DNA of 64,000 nt, taken from assembly GCF_001194135.2 (NCBI RefSeq), contig NC_068987.1:24174581-24238580 (forward strand), in the 5' to 3' direction. This document shows, piece by piece, positions 50,123 to 61,218 of the stretch. This DNA comes from Octopus bimaculoides (Eukaryota). The position numbers and the translations under genes were made by a program. The notes beneath the pieces were generated by a model. It made no database searches, had not been told where the DNA came from, and worked only from the letters and a program-made list of their open reading frames with translations. Each line of letters begins with the position of its first letter. Position 1 is the first letter of the stretch.

Positions 50123-51820
50123 TTAAAGTGGTATGGTTTCTTTCTTGCATGAGTATATTTGTGAAGTCAATTCATTATTATGAGAAAATTTATTACCAGA
50201 TATCACAATATTATAGTCTCTTGTGTGAACACGCATGTGAGTTGTCACATTTCCATTACGAGAGAATGATTTACCACATACATCACAATGATATGGTTTC
50301 TCTCCTGTGTGAATTCTTTTATGACTAGTCATATTTCCAACAGAGGAGAATTTTTTGCCACAGATATCACAATGGTATGGCTTCTCACCTGTGTGAATAC
50401 GTATATGCCTAGTCAAATGAAAATTACGGGAAAACTTTTTACCACAGATATCACAATGATATGGTTTCTCACCTGTATGAATACGTTTGTGAAGAGTTAG
50501 TTTAGAAGTGGAAAAAAATGTCTTACCACAGATATCACAAGGATAGAGTTTCTCACCTGTGTGAGTAAGCATATGAGAAGTTAAACTAGGCTTTTGGGAG
50601 TATGCTTTACCACAAATATCACAGTGGTATGGTTTTTCACCTGTGTGGCAACGTTTATGAATAGTCAATTCACCGTTACGTGAGAATGTTGTACCACAGA
50701 TATCACAATGGTATGGTTTCTCACCTGTATGTATACGTTTGTGAACTGTCAAAGCACTACTACATGTGAAAGTTTTACCACAGATATCACAATGGTAGGG
50801 TTTTTCACCTGTGTGAGTACGTTTGTGAACAGACAAGGTATTACTACGAGGGAATGTTTTCCCACATATATCACAGTGGTATGGTTTCTCACCTGTGTGA
50901 CTACGTTTGTGAATAGTCAATTCACCATTACGAGAGAATGTTTTACCGCAGATATCACAGTGAAAGGGTTTCTCACCTGTGTGAGTACGTTTATGGTTAA
51001 CTAAATGTACATGCATATAAAATTTGTTACCACAGATATCACAATGGTATGGTTTTTCACCTGTATGCTTACGTTTATGAACATTCACTTCATAATTACG
51101 AGAGAATGTTTTACCACAGATATCACAGTGGTATGGTTCCTCACCAGTATGAGTACGTTTGTGAACAGTTAAAATACCATTACGAGAGAATGTTTTACCA
51201 CAGATATCACAATGGTATGGCTTCTCACCTGTGTGAATACGTTTGTGACTAATCACATTTCCATTGTATGTGAATGATTTACCACAGATATCACAATGGT
51301 ATGGTTTCTCACCTGTGTGAATACGTTTGTGACTAGTCAAATGCTCGTTCCAAGAAAATTTTTTACCGCAGACATTACAGTAGTATGGTTTCTCCCCTGT
51401 GTGAGTACGCTTATGACTAGATAAATAATCATTCCGAGAGAATGTTTTACCACAGATATCACAGTGGTATGGTTTCTCACCTGTATGTGTACGTTTGTGT
51501 CTCATCAAAATTCTACTGTTAGAAAACGTTTTACAACAGATATCACATTGGTAGAGTTTTTTAACTGTGTGAGTACATTTATGTGATAACAATGAACCCT
51601 TTGTAGTGAACCCTTTGGTACAGACTTTACAATGGTAAACATTTGGACTTGTGTAAAGTGACTTGTGTTTACTAATATATTTATGCTTTATAAATGTTTT
51701 TTTCTTGATGTCACAGTGTTTAGATTTCTTCTTTAAATCTTCCTTAGTTTTGTGAGAAAAGTCATTAGTCTCACAGTGTGTTTCATTATAAACCTGATTT
51801 TCACACAGTCTCTTCTCCAT
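50123..51820 (-). CDS. Poly-C2H2 zinc finger protein Z6 (565 aa, 17 fingers)
   Basis: ATG at 51820 (MEKRLCE). Seventeen fingers followed by a frameshifted decayed finger. Confidence 0.93.
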   Translation of the reverse strand: MEKRLCENQVYNETHCETNDFSHKTKEDLKKKSKHCDIKKKTFIKHKYISKHKSLYTSPNVYHCKVCTKGFTTKGSLLSHKCTHTVKKLYQCDICCKTFSNSRILMRHKRTHTGEKPYHCDICGKTFSRNDYLSSHKRTHTGEKPYYCNVCGKKFSWNEHLTSHKRIHTGEKPYHCDICGKSFTYNGNVISHKRIHTGEKPYHCDICGKTFSRNGILTVHKRTHTGEEPYHCDICGKTFSRNYEVNVHKRKHTGEKPYHCDICGNKFYMHVHLVNHKRTHTGEKPFHCDICGKTFSRNGELTIHKRSHTGEKPYHCDICGKTFPRSNTLSVHKRTHTGEKPYHCDICGKTFTCSSALTVHKRIHTGEKPYHCDICGTTFSRNGELTIHKRCHTGEKPYHCDICGKAYSQKPSLTSHMLTHTGEKLYPCDICGKTFFSTSKLTLHKRIHTGEKPYHCDICGKKFSRNFHLTRHIRIHTGEKPYHCDICGKKFSSVGNMTSHKRIHTGEKPYHCDVCGKSFSRNGNVTTHMRVHTRDYNIVISGNKFSHNNELTSQIYSCKKETIPL

Positions 51821-52774
51821 GTCATTTGTTAAAAAAAAATACAACTATAATTCCTTCCTTTATTGTTGTTTGTGAAGTCAAATTGGTTGTTCATAAGGCA
51901 TATGCTAAACTACTGAGCACAAGGTCATGAAATAAAAACATACTATTAATGGTAGTCTATTTAATCTGACAATTACAATATTTAAAATGTGTCTCAGCTA
52001 TTAATAAACATCTTTTAAATATATTGGAGAACAGTCATTCCTCACAAGACATTACTCATTAGCCATGTCAAGTCTTCTATTAAATTTCTTGAGTTCGATC
52101 ATCATATAAAATCACCCATGGAATTTATTTCAATGGACCTCAGAAAATTGCTGTAAAGTTAGATAACACTGTTCTATTTTCTCCAAAACCATTCTTAAAA
52201 CTTTCATATTCTTCAAAGATTTGTTGGGTGAAAAATTGTCACCTCAAGTTACCAGATAACCTGAAATAAAGAGACAATAACTCATATCAGACAATTAAAT
52301 ATCATCACAAATGATATTAGAGAGAAATATTGAGATAAAACATGATGCGAGTTTTGATTTGTGGAACAACACTAGGTTGTTATGTATCTATTCGAGAATA
52401 TTATCAAAGTTTCATGGTGTCATTGGAAAATTGAAGTGAAGCATGAAGGTTGCATGGATGAATGATACCAGTGTACAGAAGAGTTAAAAGGAAAGAGTAA
52501 TATCATCTACATACGAATGTGTGTTATTAGAGCTGACAGCAAGTAAGTAGTTAAGGTACAAAAACAACGTATTGGAGAAAGTTCTGCCAACATAGATATC
52601 AATAATGCTGTCATCTTTTAAGTTTCTGATCCAAGTCAAGTTGCTATGGAGAATATTTATGTTGAGTTTCTAGATTTAGTCAATATTTATGTTAAGTTTC
52701 TTGATTTAGTCATGTACTATTTTTCCATGATCCTCTTTCATTTGACTTAAATATTTAAAATTTTTGTAGCATTA

Positions 52775-53030
52775 TCGGTCTTTAGCCGAACCGCTAAGTT
52801 ACGAGGGCGTAAACAAACCGACACCGGTTATCAGTGACGAGGGACAAACACAAAGGCACACACACACACATATATATATGTATGACAGGCTTCTTTCAGG
52901 TTCCGTCAACCAAATCCACTCACATGACTTTGGTCGGCCGAGGCGATAGTAGAAGACACTTGCCCAAGGTGCCATGCGATGGGACTGAACCCGGAACCAT
53001 GTAGTTGTGATCAAACGCAAGGCTTGCACT
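52775..53030 (-). mobile_element. tRNA-derived SINE with 3' extension
   Basis: AGAAGACACTTGCCCAAGGTGCCATGC and GGGACTGAACCCGGAACCATG, a reverse-complement B-box-like head. Confidence 0.75.
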
Positions 53031-53220
53031 TCGTTGAAATGCAAGAGACTTTCAAAGTTAACCAACTCGGAACAGTCTGATAAAAGTGTCAATTAATGAT
53101 AACGATGTTTGCTAGAGGGTGACCCTGGCTAAGAATAACGGTATTAATCTACGTAGGTCTGGAGATCTACAAGGGTATATCAGCAATAGATAGATAGATA
53201 AGGAAAGGGCGGAGGTAAAC

Positions 53221-53288
53221 AATACGCACACCACCCGTTTTCGGTGTAACCCTAAACCTAACGGCCGAAAACGGGAGGTGTGCGTATT
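53221..53288. repeat. 68-bp hairpin (24-bp arms, 1 mismatch) with a CCTAA-repeat loop
   Basis: AATACGCACACCACCCGTTTTCGG / CCGAAAACGGGAGGTGTGCGTATT. Confidence 0.85.
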
Positions 53289-54759
53289 CTTTATTTCATC
53301 TAAGGAAAGATATGACCTTCATTTTTTAGCAGCGTCGCATGTTTTATGTGATTCATTCCGACGATCATTCGGTCGGTTGTATTTAAAATGGCTACCAATT
53401 GATATTTATTCGGCTAAATAACACTTCTGGAGTAAAAGAATACAGTCGAATATAGATTTACTTGAATAAATGTTTACTGTGACACTTCATTGGACTTGAA
53501 TAAATTCCTTACTCGACTCATAACTTCGTGTGATTTTAAAGCACTTTTGCAAGATGCCTTCTTTTATTTACATCAGTTTCTTCACTTTATCTTACTGAAC
53601 TCATCAAAGTAAACAAATGTATTTAAAAGACATGTGGAAGAAAGACAGGTATATCAATAATACTTACATATTAATATAGACGCATGTAATAATATTAGAA
53701 CGTAAGTTGGAATGTGACAACGACGGCTTCCAAGCTTATGCAGCAAATATTGATTTCCATTTTCAAAGCAACAAAGGATCTGTACTGTTCCTCTACATAG
53801 TTAATTAGCAATCGAGCCAACTGAATGGCAGATATAAACAAGAACTGTTAAAGAAAAATAACCAGCTAAAAAGATTAAGACGAGAAGATTGGGGAACAAT
53901 AAACCGACAGGGGAAATAACTCTAATTGTATTTTATTAATAAGCTACTGCTTATATTTCATGTCCTAAAAGAATTCTACGTGATAATTCTTCATTAAAAC
54001 TACTAGTTTCACATTAATTATTGTCACTATAATCATCAAATTTTTTTTTTTTTTGGTATAAGTTTGTGTGGCAGCCGGTGAAAAAACCATGTTTGTAAGG
54101 CTGAAGGGAATGTTTTTTATCCAAGTCATAGTACAAATACTAGTTTCGAATTTTTTAAAATCTAAAATACGAGAATATTTCAAGTATTAAATTTTTCTAT
54201 TATGAAATAAAATAATAGAAAATATTCTTTTTATAAAGCGGTAAAATACAAGAGTATTACATTTAGTCATCTTTCTGTTTTATTTTTATGAAGTAAATTT
54301 ACTCAATGCTTTTCAATAGCCGGAGGTTAAATAACTTGAAGATAAGAATAACTACAAATAAATTGGAAAATCTCATGAGCAAGTTGCTGATTAGGCTATG
54401 ATCTGCGATCTACAAAAAAAATAAAAATAATCATGTATTCATTTCTCTATGTTAACTTTCAGCCACCAAGAATTAAAACTGAACTATTAATTGCTAGTAA
54501 GGACACAGTATTTCGTTGTGTTTTTTTTTGCAACCATAATATACTATCAAGCTTATTGAGCGTTTATAAATCAATATTGTGCCTTTATTATTATCATTAT
54601 TATGAATTGATTTTTATTTTACAGCGTTATTGTTCCAGTGTACTCAATAACATAAATATTCCACATTAAAATACACATCCAAAACCAAAGATAACACAAC
54701 CATGAGCGAAAAAAAAAGAAGAAAAACATCAATTCAACACTAAGCGCCTCAGTCGATCG

Positions 54760-55240
54760 CAATGCAATAAGGCTCAACGAAACCTATTCAAGCAAGTCAA
54801 CACGCTCGCAACATTACCACAGATGATGGCGAGGTTACGGCGCTGGAACAGCCAGGCACCCACACGGGTATTTGCTAACAATGACAGGAACTTCACTGTC
54901 AGCTGCACTGCTCTTCCAAACGTCTCAAACGTCAAAGGCAGGGAGAAATGGCTCACTGACAAGTTCCGATACTTAGGGATTTTGTTCCGATGTCCCCCGG
55001 CCCATTCGAGTGACTACTTATACTGGCCCGACCCGTAAGATAGGTGCCTCATCTGAGACGCCAATCAATGACTCCTTTGCCACTCCCAACGTCCTGGATG
55101 ATGTAGTAAACGGGTGAGCCCTGCTTCTGTAGCCGAACGGACCAAAATCCTAAAATATCGGGAATTGTCGGTAAACCCTTTCGATACCTTGTTTCTTCTA
55201 CCGTGTGACGTTTGGAGGAGCTGGACCGGTAACAAGAGAA
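54760..55240 (-). mobile_element. CRE-clade-like non-LTR retrotransposon 3' fragment (restriction-like endonuclease C-terminus)
   Basis: K.PKYRNLSVSHFSLPLTFETFG...VKFL...LFQRRNLAIICGNVASVL resembles the RLE tail consensus K..KY..L....F.P+A.ET.G....QR++.A+.RGNA.SVL. Confidence 0.6.
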
Positions 55241-56829
55241 GTTCTTGCCATCGTTAGCGGCTCGTCTTACTTTTGTGTTGGCAGTGCATTGTTTCCATTT
55301 TTAAGTTTATCTCTACTGGGTTTGTTCAGAGATCAGAGCCAGCCCTGAAAGTTTCTATACAAATACGACTATGTAAACACTGAGATCGAAAATAGAAAAC
55401 ATAGGTAATGCGTGTATATGCATATTTCAAAAGTTACTGGGGTTTATTTTTATTTCAGCACCACATCCATGACATCTACAAACGCATTGTTTAGATGTGT
55501 AATGCTATTGGGTAGACCAATTTACATATTCAACACGTTCCTAGTAATTGGAACTTAAATATCAATTGCAAACAAGGATGTAGTATTTCGTTTTGCAACC
55601 ATAAAAACTAATGTGTGAAAGAAAAGTCTGTTTTGTTTTGTTTTTTTCTGTTTTAAATAAATTATATTATTGTCCTCAGACAGAGAGAGAAATTCATTTC
55701 TCTTCCTTAAGCTTTCAAATATTTTTGTTTACTTTTCGAAGTGACATCAGTTTGCAATTACTTTTAAATGTATTTGTTTGTTTTTGTCTCTTTTTTAACA
55801 AAAAAAAAGAAACGTTTTGTTTTCAACCCGTAATGATGTTTATTTTCAAGTACTTGTTCGTTTCGCTCCTGTTTGGTGTCCATGTCTATTTTTGTAGATT
55901 CTTTGTTTCAGTTTTTTTTCATTTTCAATCGCTCGCTTAGATCCCTAAATTTTGTTTTTAATTAGCTGGCCAGTGTCAAACATATAACACTTTACCGACA
56001 TTTACCAACTTATTATTTTAACCATAGAAACGTTTTTCTATTATTTAATCTTTTAGCGTTAAAAAAATATATCAAATAATTAAAATCATAAAAAGTAGAA
56101 GTAGTTTTGTAGTTTGCTCCATAAAAATTATTTCAGCAACATTACGTTACAAAAAATTAAAATTTCCATTCTTTTAAAATGTCTTAAACAAAACATAGTA
56201 TAATAAAGCAAGTAAATATTCGAAACTTAGGCTATGAGAACGAAACAATCTACCAGTCTGCCGCCAATCACCAAAAGTAAATATTAGACGAAGTATATTG
56301 ATGATGTCGAAGATGATAAAGAAGTGTGGAAATCCATAAGGCAACTTATAATAATCAAGTACACAGCTTTTAGACTCGTTGACAATAGAGATATTTCTCT
56401 TGACTCTTAAATTTTCACAAATTCTGTTCACATCTATAGTTGTCATCTGTACTTAACTGTCATTTAGACGATGAATTTGATTATAGTTGATTGGTAATGA
56501 ACTCTGTAAGACGTACATAATTCTTTATTAGTTAACTTGAGGATAGAAATTAACGTTTATCGTAGAAGGCTGAAGTTCTCTTGAAGCTATCATTATCCAC
56601 TCTTACTTGAACAAAGGCAACATATTACACATTGTGCCTATGTAAGTATGTTAATATAATTATCTACATAGTACGTATGTTATTTTTCATACATGTTTGT
56701 TTTTATATGCTTAGTAATTAATATAAAGGGGGGAAAATGAATTTTATGAAACTAATTGATATTCTCATGTTAGACTAATGATGCTGTTATCCTCTCTCCT
56801 GCTTCATCTTATTATCTTCACACTACAAT

Positions 56830-57350
56830 AAAACATGAAGGTTCGCAGAGAAAACAGAAATTGATGTGGAAGGGGAAGGTGGCGACCAGAGGTGCGAGGA
56901 GGGTATCGAGGTAGGCAGTGATAAGTTCGGTATGGTCATTCGGCCACTGAGGTTTTGGGGGTTTATGGATCGATTAGGTTGGAAGTAGTGGGGGAGGAAG
57001 GCACGGGGCGATGGAAGGAGTTCCACAAATGTCGTACCACTTCATTTCTGTAGAGGTTGGCCCGTCATACCACCACGTCAGCGCCCTTGTCCGCCAGTTT
57101 GATGACGATGCCATCGCAGTGATGAGGGAAATAGAGAGTGACAAGTTCGGTTCTGGAGTTGCTGTTGTGTTGTGATGGTTTTGGGAAGTTGAAGTGGTTA
57201 ATTGCATGGCGACCAGCATCATTGAATAGATCCAGAGTGCTGAAATGGCTAGGAATCGGTGGTAACCGAAGCAAGTGAAGCAGTTGGTGCAGGAGAACTG
57301 TGGCCATAAAAAGCATATAGCTAGATGCAGTGCAGAAACCATTCAATTTC
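56830..57350 (-). mobile_element. Penelope-like element RT fragment
   Basis: IVIKLADKGADVVVW, IHKPQN..GR and ELITAYLD motifs on the reverse strand, disrupted. Confidence 0.75.
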
Positions 57351-59994
57351 AGTATGGGTCTGGAACTGTGTCCATCTCCAATGTTTGTTTTGGCATGGTT
57401 TCTATGGTTAGAACACCTTTCCTAAAAACCGACCGTTTTACAGTGAATTGGGTGCTTTATCTATGAGACCAGCTCTAGTGAGGTTGCCAAGTAACTTGCA
57501 AGACAGAAAAGACTCTTTGAGTGGGATTGTAGTAGATGGGGAAGTGGCTTTATGTCAGGTGTTGAAAGGCTAAACTTTGATAGAGGGACAGACACAATTG
57601 TCTTGTTATAGAGGAGACACATGTTTATCTTGCATTATATAAGGATGGGTGGGAGTAGCTGGAAAGAAGACAATGATGGTAATGGCAAGGTGTCAGGGCA
57701 TACTCTTAAGATAGAAGAAAGTGAATATGAGAGAATATAGACAAAGAATCTGGAAGGGTAGGTAGGTAAACTCATTAGAGTGAGAATGGCAGATGATTAA
57801 AGTTGGGCATAGAGGTGATTGTAATGAATAGAACAAGGAAACCTGAAGGAGAGAATGAAAGTCATACTAGTCATCTTTTTCTCAGACTCTGTATTATCTA
57901 ATTTGTCTGTACACTTAATTTTGTATGGTGTTTGTTGGGGGAAGATTTAGCTGCTATCTCTAGCAGGTTGAGCAACCACATAGATACTCATTTACTAGCT
58001 TGTCTACTTTACTCTAGTAAAGACCGTATGTGTGCCTTCTCTATATGTTCAGCAACTGTTTAAAACTGAAATATTTTATAGGTCTAAGCAGGAGCTCCAA
58101 TCTTTATGATGTAGCCTTTAAAATATATATATATATTGTTTCTATAAAGGTTAAAGAGATTTTAAAACCTCTCATTGTAATGAGCATTTATGGATGTCCT
58201 ATTTGAGTGTGATTTGTTGGTACATACAGTTTGTGTTTTTGTTTAACGAGACCAAATTATCAAATCCCAATCGTAGGATCTTTTTTGTGGTAGATAATTG
58301 CATCATGTAGGAAATGTTGATGTTTTGTTTGAATAGGATTTATATACAGAAGATGATACAATAAAAATTAAATTAAATACTGAATGCTTAGGATTAGGTT
58401 GAGAGTCTGTGGTGGTGCTCTGAGTGATAATTAAATTGATAAAATGATGCCACAGGAGGAGTATGAAGTGAAATTCATGTAAAAAAATAACAACTTAGCT
58501 CTTGTCATATTTCTGACAGGGAAAGAGACTAGTGATGAGTAATGTTCAAAAGAAATAATCTAATGAATTGAGCTGTATGGATCATATGCTGGTGATCAAG
58601 AAATTAAACATTCAAAGTGTAAGCTCTGCCTGTTTGTGCATGTGTTTAGAAGGACAGCTTGCACAATGTACTTAGCTGTAGAGAATGAATCAAGATATAA
58701 ACATACTTACTGCACTAAGTTTTGATGTTAGATTAATTAAACAAACTCATTTACATTATAATTGGGATTACTATGTGCATATATGTGTATGCATTTAATA
58801 TTATTAATGCTTCTTAAGAACTTTAGAATAGTTGTTAAGGGAAAATGGCAGTTGAGGATTAGATGGAAAGTTGTGTACAGTCAGTGGATTGAAATAAAAG
58901 TAGACTCTGCTGTAGTAATAGTAGCATATACAACTTTATAGGAAAGTCAAATAACTTCTTATGATTACAGTCCAGAATATGTTTGTATGAAAGATCAACT
59001 GTTGGACATATTTGAACTTTCTGTAATGTTAGCAAGTGTTTATTGCTTCATGCAGTTGACTTCAGTGGGAGTAAATGAAGTTGCAATATGTAGTACCTGG
59101 TTACTTAGTCCCACAGGAAAGTATAAATTTGGCAATAGGCTGTTTGCACACCACACATCTCCTTCCCACAGTGCTCTGGTACTTAACTCAATAATTCTAA
59201 ACAAGGGTGATAGCACCCCTTGGTTGGGGGTGCTACCGGTTAGGTTTAGAATCACTGTGGTATTGTAAACTCATAAAGAGGTACTATAAGAAGTACTGGG
59301 TGTTTAAAAGCTGTTATTTTCGTTAGAAATAAAATATTTAAATGAAGTGCAATACTTATATTTCAAATACATTTTCAAAAGAATTTTGTGTCGAACATAA
59401 AATATAATACATTGTTTTTTCAGTGAGCAAAAGTATGTGTTGATGTGACAAAATAAAAATTTTATTTTATTATATAAATCACCACCTTCTCTAGTAATTT
59501 TCATAAAATTCAGCCTAAGGAGTAATTGTCCAGGCAAATATTTAAAAGAAGGCATAGATAGGATAATATAAGGAAATATGGATAATAAACCACAGCATGA
59601 AATTACCGATTTCATTTAGATAATCTGCTTTTGATTTATTTGATTTGTAAAATATTGGAGGAGGTGTGCTATTTGGAGGAAGGGAGCATTAAGCTACAAA
59701 ATGATGAGAAGCATTGAATTAACTGATCAAGTTCCACCACTTCTGAGACAACTAAATACATATGTGACTAACACCTTCTTCTAAAATATACCCCTTCACA
59801 TTCCTCATACAATTAAATCTTTTAACTCTCAAACTCACAAATGTTTTTCCTTGCTGCTGAGTTGTAGTAATATTATCAATGAACACTGCAAACAATTCAT
59901 GGAGGAAGACACTGGTACCAATCTGATTATCAAACTTTAACAACCTTTTATTAATTATATATATGTTCTGTTTATTCTATCATTCATAAACATT

Positions 59995-60445
59995 GCTTCA
60001 TCATCATCATCGTTTTAATTTCCAGACTTGCAGAGGTCAGACAGATTTCATTGTGGCACATTTTTTATGGCTGGATACTCTTTCAGTTGCAAACCTTCAC
60101 TTGCCTCCAAGCAAGCTAATTTCCCTATGGCCATTTTCACAAAAGATTGGAAATGAAAGAACCGTTTTTATGATGGTGATGCTCATTTGCAACTATCACA
60201 TGACGTCAAGACAAGGCAACACAAACACACACACACTCTCTCTCTCTCTCTCACACACATGCACACACACACACACACATTCATACAACAGATTTCTTTC
60301 AGTTTCTGCCTACCAAATCCACTCACAAGATTTTGTTCATCCCTGGACTGTAGTAGAAGACACTTTCCCAAGGTGGCATGCCATGGGACCGAACTTGAAA
60401 CTGTGTGCTTGAGAAGCAAATTTCTTAACCACACAGCTATATCTG
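59995..60445 (-). mobile_element. Composite SINE (tRNA-derived head with RTE-type tail)
   Basis: (CAT)n tail at about 59995 and AGAAGACACTTTCCCAAGGTGGCATGC core at about 60355. Confidence 0.7.
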
Positions 60446-61218
60446 TTCCATAAATACATAAAGAAGATCTCACTCTATTTGTTGATATTTATTATATTCT
60501 GTTTCCCTTAACTTCTCATCCCATTTCACATGTTATGACCAGTTCTCTACCTCTGGTCTGTCCTCTCAAACTTCTATTCTTATCTATCATAAATCTCATG
60601 ATATTTTTCCATAGATATCTTTGGTCTCTTTCTTCTAGTTCTATCTTTCATTATCTCTGATGTCTCTTGTCACTAGTCTCTTCTGTGTTCACATTTAATT
60701 ATCTCTCATTTTTTACTATCTCTTTTTTTTTAGTGCATCTGGTAATAACTGAGTTGACAATTTCTCACACAAGACACATCGAGATACATGAAAAATATGA
60801 AAAACTGAAGAATGATTTAATAGAGGAAGTACAACAGTGGTTATCTAACCTAAAGAAATATTCCAACATTAATTGAAAAATGAATGGAAAATTTAGCACA
60901 GTTGATGTAAATATTCACCACATGTTATATGCTTGAGTTGATTCATATAAATTCAAGGATTAAATCTTGGAGAAGAAATCTGTCCTCAAACATAGTTGAA
61001 AGATGTTATGTATAACCGAGACAAAAGTACAAATATTTTCACATATTTATGTCAGATAAAATAGACTGTATTATCAGTAAGTTTTGATCTCCTGACTATT
61101 CAGTAGTCTAGCATGTTAATCACAGTGTCTCTTTGCCTTCTAACCACACAATTTATTTTCACAAAATTATATAGTAATAATAAAAAGGAATAATATTTTA
61201 TGACTGACAAATCACATT

